From: Prevotella sp.
GTDB lineage: Bacteria > Bacillota_I > Bacilli_A > ML615J-28 > CAG-313
DNA: 64,000 nucleotides
Direction of reading: 5' to 3'
NCBI GenBank assembly: GCA_023665755.1
Contig: JAMPDF010000001.1
Coordinates: forward strand, 344,181 to 408,180
Program-made: the position numbers and the translations under genes
Notes under the pieces: generated by a model
Told to the model about the DNA's origin: nothing
The model's input: the letters and a program-made list of their open reading frames with translations, nothing else
Databases searched by the model: none
Shown here: positions 9,447 to 19,619 of the stretch, one piece after another
How the letters are laid out: every line of letters starts with the position of its first letter
Numbering within the stretch: the first letter of the stretch is position 1

Positions 9447-10177
9447 TATTCTTCTTGGCTTTCCCCTTTGATGATTTCATAGAAATAAATGCATAGCTTT
9501 TCGCTAGGTGATACTTTTATATCGTCATCTTCAAAGAATTGTTTAGCCATTTTAATATAAGTATGTGGATCGTTAGCAATATTCTTGTGAATACTAATCA
9601 TCATTAAATAGACAAAGTAGAACTCATCTTCGCTAAATTCTTCAAATTTGACACCCGTTTCTTCTGCTTTTTTGACAACCATTTGCTTTGAAAGATGAAA
9701 GATATCTTTTGACTTTAATTTTTCAGCAAATTCTTTTAGCTCTTGCTTGTATTCTTCTTCCCCATCTTTGTAATCACTTGAATACTGATCATAATTGCCG
9801 TCATATGCTCTATCATATCCTCTATAATCTTCATATCTATGTGGTGAATTAATCATGCCATATACTTCATATTGCATAGGTCTTGGATAGTCTCGATATT
9901 GTTCCATATGACGACCATCGTTCCCACCATAATTGGCATTGTCACGACCATCATATCGACTATCATATCTTGAATTATTTGCTCTGTAATCCATTTCTTC
10001 CATAGCACGGTCTCTCCCACTTCTTGAAGAAACATATCCACCTCTTGAGCCATACGGATTTCTTCCATCTTGGCTATATCTTCTGTCTCCGCCTCTTTGG
10101 TCTCGTCCATCCATAGAACGATCACGACGACCTCTTCTGCGATCGATTCTGTCTCTTAAATATCTGTTGTTAGCCAT
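9446..10177 (-). CDS. Protein with an Arg/Asp/Tyr/Gly-rich, intrinsically disordered N-terminal half and a C-terminal folded domain.
   Basis: 243 aa. RRGRRDRSMDGRDQRGGDRRY... low complexity. The nested ORF at 9853..10125 is an artefact of the repetitive DNA. Confidence 0.5.
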   Translation of the reverse strand: MANNRYLRDRIDRRRGRRDRSMDGRDQRGGDRRYSQDGRNPYGSRGGYVSSRSGRDRAMEEMDYRANNSRYDSRYDGRDNANYGGNDGRHMEQYRDYPRPMQYEVYGMINSPHRYEDYRGYDRAYDGNYDQYSSDYKDGEEEYKQELKEFAEKLKSKDIFHLSKQMVVKKAEETGVKFEEFSEDEFYFVYLMMISIHKNIANDPHTYIKMAKQFFEDDDIKVSPSEKLCIYFYEIIKGESQEE

Positions 10178-10179
10178 AA

Positions 10180-10620
10180 TTACACGACTTTCTCAACGTT
10201 TACGACAACGTTGTTGATAATTGAGCCTACACCAGGATTTAAAACAGTAATTGTTTTAGCTAAAGTAGAATCTGTGCCTAAAATACAAGTATTATCTACC
10301 AAGAAATAATAATCGATTGTTAAATTTCTAATTTCTGTTGTTGCAGTTGTGATAGTTTCTGTTGCTAATGCTCCTGGAATGATCACTCCGTTTTCAGCTA
10401 ACTGTAATGTCACATCACCTGCTGCAGTACCTGAGACATTAGCATTTAATGTCAAATGGTAAATTCCTTTATGATTTAGTGATATGCTATTGCCATTAAA
10501 CGCAAATGCGGTAACTCCGCAATTTTTTCTACAGAATTTGCGGTAAACTGCTCCCAAATTTACAATACCATCAGTCACAACAGTTTGACTAGCGGTATTT
10601 TTTACCCCCAATAATAACAT
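10180..10620 (-). CDS. BclA C-terminal-domain-like (TNF/C1q-like) protein with no collagen-like region.
   Basis: AFAFNGNSISL...LTLNANVSGTAAGDVTLQLAENGVIIPG...VVVNVEKVV aligns block by block with the B. anthracis BclA C-terminal domain (YAFNSGGISL...ITVIANTATASVLGGLTIQVNGVPVPG...SIIIEKVA). Confidence 0.5.
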   Translation of the reverse strand: MLLLGVKNTASQTVVTDGIVNLGAVYRKFCRKNCGVTAFAFNGNSISLNHKGIYHLTLNANVSGTAAGDVTLQLAENGVIIPGALATETITTATTEIRNLTIDYYFLVDNTCILGTDSTLAKTITVLNPGVGSIINNVVVNVEKVV

Positions 10621-10700
10621 TTTTTTGTCTCCTTTTTTTAAAAAATAAAGAGCATAGAATTAACTATGCCCTTATAGGATAATTAATCCTTTTCTCTCCA

Positions 10701-11507
10701 TTATTGAATTGATGCGCAACCGCAATTTCCACTATAACCTACACCTGTTGGATTGCCGTAGCAACAATTTGGATTAGGTACTACATAAGCTGGAATTGGG
10801 CAATCTCTGCCAAGTCTGCGAATGAGTTCTGCAGTTTGAGCTTCTTGATTAGCTGCAAAGTATGCGTTTTGAGCTTGTTGTGATGCTGCTAAATTTAATG
10901 CATTTACTTGTTGAGTTAATTCTGCAATACGTTCGTTCTTAGCTTCAATCTTATTTGCTACTAATTCTTCGTGTAATGCACGATAATTTGCATTTTGATT
11001 TTCAATTAAATCACGTGTATTCATGTTCATTGTGTTTTGCAATGCACATGTAGATTGAGCGATGTTATAGTTTACGCCATCTATTGCACGTTGAGTTTGG
11101 CAGCAACAATCTTGTAAACGATATCCTAAATCAGTAATTGCACTACGTGTTTCATAACCATTTTGCATGATTGCTGTATTTACACCACTAAATCCTTGAC
11201 AAAGTGTTTGTTGAATACCTGCTTGACCTAATTTTAAGTCATTTAGTGAACCTAAAACAGCACTGTTGTTAAATCCTGAAGCTACATCTGCTTGTGTTGC
11301 CATTTTTCCTAGTTCATAACCTACAAATTCGGAGCTACCTCCGCCATTTCCTGTTCCAAAACCATTTCCGTTTCTTCCCCAGCCAAAAAGTAAAGCAATC
11401 AAAATGATTCCCCACCATCCATCTGCAAATCCATTCATACCACCGTTATTGCCATTACTGCCACCAGTATTGATGACTTGTGGCATATCAGTTTCGTAAT
11501 AAGCCAT
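10701..11507 (-). CDS. Single-pass membrane protein flanked by Gly/Asn-rich segments, with a coiled-coil and a Cys-cluster C-terminus.
   Basis: 268 aa. TM WWGIILIALLFGW. GNGGG repeats. CCC and CC..C..C motifs. Confidence 0.45.
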   Translation of the reverse strand: MAYYETDMPQVINTGGSNGNNGGMNGFADGWWGIILIALLFGWGRNGNGFGTGNGGGSSEFVGYELGKMATQADVASGFNNSAVLGSLNDLKLGQAGIQQTLCQGFSGVNTAIMQNGYETRSAITDLGYRLQDCCCQTQRAIDGVNYNIAQSTCALQNTMNMNTRDLIENQNANYRALHEELVANKIEAKNERIAELTQQVNALNLAASQQAQNAYFAANQEAQTAELIRRLGRDCPIPAYVVPNPNCCYGNPTGVGYSGNCGCASIQ

Positions 11508-11565
11508 TAGAATTTTTTCCCCCTGTTAAAATTAATTTTAAAATATATTAATTCTGCATGTCGAC

Positions 11566-11859
11566 CTACAGATTAATACCTGATTGATTGAACATGTACA
11601 TCAAGGGATTTAAATTAATGCTATTTTGTTTGGCGTATTGTTGAACAAATTGTTGTGGGCTCATACCGCTTTGTTGCATTTGATTTTGAGCTTGTTTCAT
11701 TTTTTCAAGAGCAACTCGAATTTGTGGATTATTTGCTGCCATTTGTTGCAATTGTTGCATTATTTGATTAGGATTTAAGCCTTGTCTCATCATTTGTTGA
11801 ATCATCATCATTAGATTATTGTTCATTTTTGACCTCGCTAACTTGTCCTGTTTGACCAA
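11566..11859 (-). CDS. Gln/Met-rich low-complexity protein.
   Basis: 97 aa. Its start overlaps the upstream gene. Confidence 0.35.
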   Translation of the reverse strand: MVKQDKLARSKMNNNLMMMIQQMMRQGLNPNQIMQQLQQMAANNPQIRVALEKMKQAQNQMQQSGMSPQQFVQQYAKQNSINLNPLMYMFNQSGINL

Positions 11860-12241
11860 TTAAGGCAAATAATTTGTTAATTTCACCTTTAATAATGTCT
11901 AAATCTGATTTTCTTGCGTAATCGTCTTCTTGATTCATCTTTACAAGCTTGAAATGCTCAATTGAATACATACAGTTTGCATCTGCTCTTTTAATAAACA
12001 TCATATCGCTGTTTCTATCTTTGAGAAAAAATGTTTGATTTGCGCCAACAATATATGCTTTCGCATCTTCGATACCATTTACCATGTCAAAACCTATCTT
12101 TGGTTGTTGTTGTGCTTGATTTTGTTGTTGATAGTTTACGTTTTGTTGGTAATTTTGCTGATAATTTGGTTGGTAGTTTGGATAACCACCATAGAAATTA
12201 TAATTTGGTTGCATGTACTGATCCCCCTTGTACAAATGCAA
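11816..12241 (-). CDS. Protein with a Q/N/Y-rich prion-like N-terminus and a folded C-terminal domain.
   Basis: 141 aa. YQPNYQQNYQQNVNYQQQNQAQQQP. Confidence 0.4.
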   Translation of the reverse strand: MHLYKGDQYMQPNYNFYGGYPNYQPNYQQNYQQNVNYQQQNQAQQQPKIGFDMVNGIEDAKAYIVGANQTFFLKDRNSDMMFIKRADANCMYSIEHFKLVKMNQEDDYARKSDLDIIKGEINKLFALIGQTGQVSEVKNEQ

Positions 12242-12287
12242 TTATAACTTTTTATTTTTTCTTCACAATTTCATATTTGTGTCAATT

Positions 12288-12509
12288 TTATTTCGTTTTC
12301 ATTGCACAAATAAATTTCTTTATTCTTCTAATTACAGTACTAGTCGATATTCCTAGTATTTCTGCTGTAGCTTCAAATGTGTTTCTGGTACTTAAAAAGA
12401 CTGTATCCGCAATTTGATACAGTCCATTCTTGATACATATTTCTTCGATATATTCCTCATCAATTCGTCCATCTAAAATACGTAGTACTTCTTCACGAAG
12501 TCTTGGCAT
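12288..12509 (-). CDS. Small sigma-70 region-4-like HTH DNA-binding protein. It may regulate the downstream cargo block.
   Basis: 73 aa. TAEILGISTSTVIRRIKK is an HTH typical of sigma region 4 and ArpU-like regulators. Confidence 0.45.
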   Translation of the reverse strand: MPRLREEVLRILDGRIDEEYIEEICIKNGLYQIADTVFLSTRNTFEATAEILGISTSTVIRRIKKFICAMKTK

Positions 12510-12518
12510 TTTACCCTC

Positions 12519-15236
12519 CTAAAATTTCAAAATTTCCATATTTGTTAAAGTTGGAGCAAGTTCTTCTCCAATTTCTGTATTATCTACCATTTTGATGAAA
12601 TACAACTCTAATTCACTACTATTAACATTATGTTTAAAATGACCATATCCATCATTTGCCGTTCCAATCATACTAAATGTTGATGATATAATAGCAGAAG
12701 TTGAATCTACATCAAAATCGACAAAATATCTTTCATTGTTAATAGCAAATTTAAATCTATATCTTTCACCAATTTTAAATGTCCCACCATCACCGTCAAA
12801 AATAACGTATCTTTCTGTTCCTACAGTAGGAATAATATTAGTTGAAATTAAATTGGAACTTTGTTTTAATGGTGATAAATCTACAGATGTATGCCCAGCA
12901 GTTGGATTGTCACTATTTCCTATCACGATTTCTAAAGTTTCATTTATTAATTGAGCTTGCAAAGTTGATGCTAATACATTACCGCTTTCTAAGGGTATTT
13001 CCAAAATATCAAATTTGCCCAATGCTGGAATTATAGTATAAGTATATATCCCACTACCTGTGCTTGGAACATACATCAATGTTCCCATTATCATTCCTTC
13101 TCCATTGCTAGTATGAGCAAATAATGCTGTCGTAGATAATCCATCTTGTAATATAGTTGCTTTATAAATGCCACTTTGTTTAGATAGCATTATTTGAATA
13201 ATTTCTTCAATGTCTGAAAATATGCCTAAATCTTCAACTACACCTTTTAAAGAAATAGCATCTAATTCTTCTTGCGTTGCGATATCTACAGTTGTTTTTA
13301 CCCATGTTCCATCTGCAAGGTTGACTTCAATTTTGTATACGATATTGCCTTTAAAATTGCCAAATGTTCTCGTTCCTGCGGTTTCTCCTAAAATAGTATA
13401 GGCATCGTTTGAGCCTTCAGTATTGGCTTGATAAATGATTGTATTTGGATCATTTTGCAAATTAGTTAAATCATTGCCTGTAAATGTGCCATATGTTTCT
13501 GTTGTTGAAATATAGACAGTAGGTACGGTATATCCACCACCCGTTGAATCCATATATTCCTTTAATCCTTTAGATGTAATTGCTTTGTAGTCGTCAGTTC
13601 CTTCAATAATATCATCGTTTGTCGCAATTCTATTCTTTATTGTACTTGACGTTATATCAAAATATCTCCCATCAAATGATGTCGTATCTGAATTATACTC
13701 ACCTTCTCTAGTAATTGCTGCAGTTGTTTTGTCTACACCCATTTGATAATCACTATAGCCCAATCTCAGTTCCGTTCCATTACTCGTACTAACTGTTTTT
13801 TTAACCCATTTTTTAAAAATTATAACATATTTTGTCGAAAGAGAACTTAAGCCATCATATTCATAACCTTTAAATTTAATTTTATAAGCTTGATTCTTTT
13901 GACATAATTCTAATATTTTATTTTTATTACTAAATGCATCATTAATACTATTTAAATAAATGCCATCATTTTCTTCAATTTTAGCAGATAAATTCGCCAT
14001 TTCTTCTGTTATTGTGTTTTCAAGCCTTGTAAATGCATCATTTATGCTTGATTTTTCGCCATTTCCAGTAGCATAGTTCTTTGCAGTGTCAGCAATAATT
14101 GTTCCATTCAGTATCATTTCTTGAAAATTAGCAAAAGTAACAGTTGAGACATACTTGTCAGTGTCAGTTTCTCGCCAAATGCCTTGTCCGCTCTCATCTA
14201 TGCCACTTTCATCCCAAATATACATGATTAACCACGTTCCTATGTTTACGAATGCATAATCGCCTGGATTTGCTGTAGGATATGTGCTTGTTAACTCATC
14301 ATATGACAAGAAATCACCTTTATAGTGGTTTTCGCCACCACCTCCACCACCAAGAATTGATTTTAAACTTTGCAAAGTCACTCGATATGCCTTGTTTCCA
14401 CTATTGATAATGAAATAATCACTATCCGCAACTTCATTCGCAATTGCAATATCGTTAAATACCTCATTTAATTTAATACTACGCAATTCTTCTATTGAAT
14501 TTGAGTTTAAATTAATTTGCCTTTGTGCGTTTTGACTAGATTCATCTGTGTAATCTTTTGCAATTTGTGCATTTTCAGCAATTTGTTGTTTCAATTGTTC
14601 ATCTTTGGCTTGTAAAACAGTTATCTTACTGTTTGCCCCTTGAATTGACGTGTCAATGCTATCTAATTTTGCGGAAACAAGTGTTTTATTTACTGTAGAA
14701 ATAGGTACTTGGTCTGCTCTTACTCGATGTGGATTTTCAAAGTCCTGTCTATGACGATTTATATCGCTTTGTGCTTTTTCTACCACATCTAGGGCTTGTT
14801 GGTAAAATTCTTCTTCCGTCGTTGTTTCCAAATTTGGCTTAACATTCCGTCTTACGTACAAACATGTCACTGCAGTAGCATATACTTCGTTGGTTTCAGT
14901 ATTCTTTACCTCAAACGATACTTGCAATTGTCCTGATATATCCAAAATACGGTCTTCTTGCTTGAAACCATACTGATAAACGACTGTAGGAAATTCTACA
15001 TCTGCTCCACTAGCTGGATCCAAAGTTTCGATATAGTCCATTTGGCGATTGCTGATTACAAATCCATCTGATCGTTCAAATGATACCTGCACAATAGACG
15101 ATTCTACACTATACGGAACTAAAAGTTGTATAAAATCGACATTTGAACGTCCTGTAACAAGAAATGTGGTGTCTTCTTGCTTTAAAATCAAGCCATTTTC
15201 GTTTAAATATATCTTTGCTATATTCTCTGTTTTCAT
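12519..15236 (-). CDS. Large virion protein, probably a tail fibre or receptor-binding protein.
   Basis: 905 aa. Central coiled-coil and a GGGGG linker. Position after the tail genes. Beta-rich C-terminal part. Confidence 0.45.
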   Translation of the reverse strand: MKTENIAKIYLNENGLILKQEDTTFLVTGRSNVDFIQLLVPYSVESSIVQVSFERSDGFVISNRQMDYIETLDPASGADVEFPTVVYQYGFKQEDRILDISGQLQVSFEVKNTETNEVYATAVTCLYVRRNVKPNLETTTEEEFYQQALDVVEKAQSDINRHRQDFENPHRVRADQVPISTVNKTLVSAKLDSIDTSIQGANSKITVLQAKDEQLKQQIAENAQIAKDYTDESSQNAQRQINLNSNSIEELRSIKLNEVFNDIAIANEVADSDYFIINSGNKAYRVTLQSLKSILGGGGGGENHYKGDFLSYDELTSTYPTANPGDYAFVNIGTWLIMYIWDESGIDESGQGIWRETDTDKYVSTVTFANFQEMILNGTIIADTAKNYATGNGEKSSINDAFTRLENTITEEMANLSAKIEENDGIYLNSINDAFSNKNKILELCQKNQAYKIKFKGYEYDGLSSLSTKYVIIFKKWVKKTVSTSNGTELRLGYSDYQMGVDKTTAAITREGEYNSDTTSFDGRYFDITSSTIKNRIATNDDIIEGTDDYKAITSKGLKEYMDSTGGGYTVPTVYISTTETYGTFTGNDLTNLQNDPNTIIYQANTEGSNDAYTILGETAGTRTFGNFKGNIVYKIEVNLADGTWVKTTVDIATQEELDAISLKGVVEDLGIFSDIEEIIQIMLSKQSGIYKATILQDGLSTTALFAHTSNGEGMIMGTLMYVPSTGSGIYTYTIIPALGKFDILEIPLESGNVLASTLQAQLINETLEIVIGNSDNPTAGHTSVDLSPLKQSSNLISTNIIPTVGTERYVIFDGDGGTFKIGERYRFKFAINNERYFVDFDVDSTSAIISSTFSMIGTANDGYGHFKHNVNSSELELYFIKMVDNTEIGEELAPTLTNMEILKF

Positions 15237-15266
15237 TTTTGCTCCTTTCTATCAAAAAAGAGCCGA

Positions 15267-17684
15267 TTATTTCGACTCTTCATATGGATTAATTCCTACT
15301 ACACCATCTCGCATTGGTGTGCCGTCTTCTGATGAAACATAAATTTTGAACGATGATAAGATATTCTGCATCTCGTAATAATTCTTGATCATAATTGCTT
15401 TATCATTTAGCAGCAAAACAATGCTCTTATATTCCGCATCAACGCTTTCAAAATCAACTGAAATAGATTGTGTGTTGCTATCATAGTTTGAAACCCTCAC
15501 AGAGGCTATTTCTGCCTTATATTCGCTAGGTAAAGCGTCATATCGACCAATATTAGTGTCAAATAAACGAATCGAATATGTGGGATTTTCAGCCCCATTT
15601 AAAAGATATTCCACATAGTCTTCACGAACAATTGTGTTACCTATACCTCTATAGTTCACTTGGAAGGTAAAACTGAATATTTCGTACGGGTCTTTTGCAG
15701 GATATTCACGTATGACATAATTTGCCACACTTAAATCATCTTTCATAAGCCTTACAAAAGCTTCATTTATCTTTCCTTTTCTGTCTGTATAGTTTCTTGG
15801 AATCACATTTCCTTGATTGTCTACATATTCATCCCATATTACATTGCTTTCTGCCTGTTCATTAAAGATAATGCTTGTACCAACTCTTGAAATAATTGGA
15901 TCACCATACAATAAGTACTGTTCTGTTCCAGCGTTAAAATCATTTGCAATGCGATATGTTAATTTACTATTTAAATCTATCAAATTTTCAATGTTAATAC
16001 TAGCATTATTCACTAATGCTCGATTATCTATCATTGAAAAGCCTATTTTTGCGTAATCTAATTTAATTTTTTCTACTAAATCCTCATTTGGTATGCTATT
16101 TATTTGTAAATCTGTGTTTGCTTCGATATATTCACGACGTCTTGCACGTTCTTCTGTCAATTGTGCATCAATAACTAAGTAATGTGCATTTTCTTGAACA
16201 GTAATGCTATTAAGAACATACCTTTTTTGTCCATCTTTGATAATTGATCCTGGCATAGGTATTTTATCCCAAGAATCTGTAGTTCCGCTTTTCATCAATG
16301 ATGCACTTTGCATATTGTCGATATACGTTTGTAGCACTCTTGATATTCTATCTGGGTCAACTTGTTGTGCATTTTGGTTAAAATACGCTATATCATCGTA
16401 TTTGCTATTATTTGATGATATGAGAGGGATAGATTTTGTTATAATGCCTCTATAATATGCTTTATAGAGAACATTTTTTAAATTTATTTTATATCCATAA
16501 TCTCCAAAATATCCTCTTAATATATTGAACGAATTATCATCGTCTAATTGTACGCTTTTTGCTAATCTTATTTCACCATCATTATTTAATATTCTATCAA
16601 ATAATTTATCTAATTGATTTAAGTATATTAAATTATTATTATAATAAATATAAATAATATTTTTATTTTCCTTTTCTTCAATAGTTAAATTTTCGTATTC
16701 TTCACTTTTTATTATTCTAATCCTTTTAGTTTGTTTTAAAAATTCTCCACTTCGATAACTTCTATAATAAATTATATCGGTGTTATCTTCAAAAATCCAT
16801 GGAATATTATAATCTATTTCTAATGGCTCCTTTTGATAAAAATATCCATATAAATATATTTTTTTTAACGATGTTATCGAATTATTCATTTTTAATCCAA
16901 TATTTTCTTTATTTATTTCAAATGTATTATCTGTAGTTGCTGGCTTTTTTCCGTTTTCATATGGTTCAAGAATATTACTATTAAGTCTTAAATTTTTAAC
17001 TTCACAATAGACGTTTTTAGCAAGACCTTCTCCTGTTTCATCTCTTAGGTCAACAGGATTGTCAAATACAGAAACATTATATTCTATACCATTTAATCCA
17101 TCTAATCGTTTAAACTTTAAAACCCATTTCTTGCTTTCCTCATTAAAGTCAAGATATGGCTGACAATCTATTGTTCTTGCTATCTCATACATAGTTAAAT
17201 ATGTAGTTGTTGATACAAAAGTAAGTTTTGGATTATTATATTCAATATTTGGAATTAATATTTCCGCATCAAAATTTGCAATATCAAATAGCCTGCGTAT
17301 TATTTCAAATAATGTGTAAGAATTTTCTGCTAAAGCATTTGATTCTATCTTAAATCCCCTTAAAATTTCAGTTGGTTCAATTAAAGTTAGTGTATTTATG
17401 TTTTCACTTTCTTGTGTCCAAATATTTGGATGCGCCATTTTAGATGATTTTGAATTTTTTACAATCCAATAATTGATTTTGTCACCATTTTCAGTTTTAA
17501 TCGCAGTATCAACGGGGATATGAAAATCTGTTGGTGCGAAAAAACTAAATTCTGCACAATTTTGTGCTTGATCAATACCTAAAGTATAAGTTTGAGGAAA
17601 AGTTTGTGTTATTTTTCTGTCCTCACTCTCTTTCGGTATTTCTACCCATTCTTTTTTGTCATTCAAATAATAAATTTTTGACAT
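15267..17684 (-). CDS. Large tail-associated structural protein.
   Basis: 805 aa. RBS AAAGGAGAAAAA. N/Y/I-rich low-complexity middle. Position between the small tail proteins and the fibre. Confidence 0.4.
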   Translation of the reverse strand: MSKIYYLNDKKEWVEIPKESEDRKITQTFPQTYTLGIDQAQNCAEFSFFAPTDFHIPVDTAIKTENGDKINYWIVKNSKSSKMAHPNIWTQESENINTLTLIEPTEILRGFKIESNALAENSYTLFEIIRRLFDIANFDAEILIPNIEYNNPKLTFVSTTTYLTMYEIARTIDCQPYLDFNEESKKWVLKFKRLDGLNGIEYNVSVFDNPVDLRDETGEGLAKNVYCEVKNLRLNSNILEPYENGKKPATTDNTFEINKENIGLKMNNSITSLKKIYLYGYFYQKEPLEIDYNIPWIFEDNTDIIYYRSYRSGEFLKQTKRIRIIKSEEYENLTIEEKENKNIIYIYYNNNLIYLNQLDKLFDRILNNDGEIRLAKSVQLDDDNSFNILRGYFGDYGYKINLKNVLYKAYYRGIITKSIPLISSNNSKYDDIAYFNQNAQQVDPDRISRVLQTYIDNMQSASLMKSGTTDSWDKIPMPGSIIKDGQKRYVLNSITVQENAHYLVIDAQLTEERARRREYIEANTDLQINSIPNEDLVEKIKLDYAKIGFSMIDNRALVNNASINIENLIDLNSKLTYRIANDFNAGTEQYLLYGDPIISRVGTSIIFNEQAESNVIWDEYVDNQGNVIPRNYTDRKGKINEAFVRLMKDDLSVANYVIREYPAKDPYEIFSFTFQVNYRGIGNTIVREDYVEYLLNGAENPTYSIRLFDTNIGRYDALPSEYKAEIASVRVSNYDSNTQSISVDFESVDAEYKSIVLLLNDKAIMIKNYYEMQNILSSFKIYVSSEDGTPMRDGVVGINPYEESK

Positions 17685-17747
17685 TTTTTCTCCTTTATCT
17701 TGATTTTATTGTTATTTTACAATATAATAAATATGAGGTGTTTCATA

Positions 17748-17972
17748 ATGAAAGAAAAATTTTTAAAATCTATACATACTTTATTATTAATTATTGTTAT
17801 AAATATTATAATGATTATATTTATTGATATTTTAAGTAATTTTGAATCAATAAAATTACTTTGTACAAACATTAATCACTACCTATTTATTATTTTAGGA
17901 ATCACTTTTATTGTTTTAATTTTAAAAATATTAAAACATTTAGATAAATTACTTTATGATAATTGGCAATAA
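17748..17972 (+). CDS. Small two-TM membrane protein encoded opposite to the structural module.
   Basis: 74 aa. A strong terminator follows. Confidence 0.35.
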   Translation: MKEKFLKSIHTLLLIIVINIIMIIFIDILSNFESIKLLCTNINHYLFIILGITFIVLILKILKHLDKLLYDNWQ

Positions 17973-17984
17973 ACTACGAAAATA

Positions 17985-18016
17985 TTTTAAATCTCTTAAC
18001 AACTCGCAATGAGTTG
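17985..18016 (+). terminator. Rho-independent terminator.
   Basis: AACAACTC-GCAAT-GAGTTGTT hairpin followed by a TTTTTTATTTT run. Confidence 0.55.
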
Positions 18017-18020
18017 TTTT

Positions 18021-18467
18021 TTATTTTGTCTTGTAAAACCTATTCCCCAGCCAATCAGTAGTGACAGTTGTTTCACCACTACCCAAGAATAATCTACCAC
18101 TCTTGATTTGGTTATACTTAATTTGATTGTTGACTTGAGCTTCTTGTTTTAGCTCATTTATTTTCTTGATAGCCTCGCTTGATAACTCAAGTGCAAGTGC
18201 AGCAATTGCAGTAAAATCAAACGTAAATGAACGTGCCACAAGTGAGCCATATTTCATTACATCCCCAATTCCTTTGGATAGTTGCGTATTTCCACTTGCT
18301 GCAATCAGTTTCTGCCCTGCTTGAACAAAAAACGTAGCACTAATGCCACGTCCTGTTGCTTCTCCCTTACTTATTGATGATTGTTGCTTTGCTCCGTTTT
18401 GAGGAGTTCCACTTGCCTGAGCGTTGAATTCGATGGTGACTGGTATTCTAATTTCATTTTGAGCCAT
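18021..18467 (-). CDS. Virion or tail protein (hypothetical).
   Basis: 148 aa in the structural gene array. Start/stop coupled to its neighbours. Confidence 0.35.
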   Translation of the reverse strand: MAQNEIRIPVTIEFNAQASGTPQNGAKQQSSISKGEATGRGISATFFVQAGQKLIAASGNTQLSKGIGDVMKYGSLVARSFTFDFTAIAALALELSSEAIKKINELKQEAQVNNQIKYNQIKSGRLFLGSGETTVTTDWLGNRFYKTK

Positions 18468-19240
18468 TAGTCTACTCCTTGCAATGTAATCGTAACTATA
18501 GGAATGCCTTGATTTTCATTTAAGACAATTAAAGAAAAAACAACGTTCTTTTCAATATCGCCATCTTTAAAAATACAGACCTTGCCATCTAATACTTCTG
18601 TATCTTTGTTGCTCATAACGAAATTGCAGAATGTAGTGTTTGTTCTAAGTATTGGTATGGTGATAGTATTGTTTTTACTGTCAAAATTCGCTTTGCCCTT
18701 TTGGATAGAAGGAGATAATGTGTAATTGTAGGATACGGAATCTTGGAAATTCTGTATTCCCTCGATTTCCATTTCTAAATCGTCAATGATCATCTTCTTT
18801 TTAGTTGGTTGAATGGGCATATTAGAGTAGAATGCATTAGCAATTAATGTTCCATAACTCACATATACCGTTTCAGTGCCTAAATCTTCCTTTGTATTAG
18901 TAGATACACTTGGTGTATTTAATCCTAGTTGAAACATGTACTGCATATCATCAGTTTGTAAATACACACCATTGACTGCGTTAACGTAGTCATTTAATTT
19001 GCTTAATACGTCTTGCAAAACATTTGTCTCACATTTAAAGTTAATGATTACGCTTAAATTGGTTGCGACAATGCCTTCCACACGTGAGGGAATGCCCTGC
19101 CCTGTCTTGATGCAGAAGACTACATCGTTTTTCTTAAATTGATTGTGATTAATGTCATTACTAACAATGACATTATACCCATCTAATACTTCTTTTAAAT
19201 TTTCTTTTAAAATTTTCTTTAAGCTTTGTTCAAATAACAT
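18467..19240 (-). CDS. Putative tail protein, possibly major tail or tube.
   Basis: 257 aa. Position after the head-tail joining genes. Confidence 0.3.
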   Translation of the reverse strand: MLFEQSLKKILKENLKEVLDGYNVIVSNDINHNQFKKNDVVFCIKTGQGIPSRVEGIVATNLSVIINFKCETNVLQDVLSKLNDYVNAVNGVYLQTDDMQYMFQLGLNTPSVSTNTKEDLGTETVYVSYGTLIANAFYSNMPIQPTKKKMIIDDLEMEIEGIQNFQDSVSYNYTLSPSIQKGKANFDSKNNTITIPILRTNTTFCNFVMSNKDTEVLDGKVCIFKDGDIEKNVVFSLIVLNENQGIPIVTITLQGVD

Positions 19241-19619
19241 AATTGATTTCTCCTCTCATTCCGTTTTCAATCGTATATGTAGCAAGCGAATCTAAATATC
19301 CTTGATATTCCATAATTTCATCTTCTGTATATTTGTCTTGGAAGATACCAATTAACACAGGCTTAACTGATTCGATTGCATCTTGTACCCAGTATAAATT
19401 TGGATTTTTTGCGCCTTTCCATTTGGGGCTAATCCACTCCTCATTGGTATATGGGGCATATGGTGCTACCTCACCGCCTATTACCACTTGCCAAATGCCA
19501 TCTTCAAAAACTGAACGAATTGCATTCATAGATAAATTACGTGTGTCTTTTGGGCAATAGATTCTGCAAGCTGTTTCTAGAATATTTGTCGCAAGCTCTG
19601 TTTTTAGCAGTAAATTCAT
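19230..19619 (-). CDS. Head-tail joining protein (hypothetical).
   Basis: 129 aa. Position in the array. Confidence 0.3.
   Translation of the reverse strand: MNLLLKTELATNILETACRIYCPKDTRNLSMNAIRSVFEDGIWQVVIGGEVAPYAPYTNEEWISPKWKGAKNPNLYWVQDAIESVKPVLIGIFQDKYTEDEIMEYQGYLDSLATYTIENGMRGEINYVI

Noticed and set aside
9853-10125. 90 aa ORF nested in a different frame of the R/D/Y-rich protein gene.
   Set aside because: It is a frame artefact of repetitive GAT/CGA-rich DNA. The longer ORF has the start/stop coupling and context.
16440-16960. Very AT-rich, Asn/Tyr/Ile-rich stretch, considered as a possible insertion or repeat array.
   Set aside because: The reading frame of the 805 aa tail protein stays open throughout. 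It is a low-complexity protein region, not a separate element.
3918-18012. Two terminator hairpins with nearly identical sequence (AACAACcCataATGAGTTGTT at 3921 and AACAACTCgcaATGAGTTGTT at 17990), considered as a dispersed repeat.
   Set aside because: Only about 20 nt are shared. Convergent terminator design or chance in an AT-rich genome is more likely. No flanking similarity.
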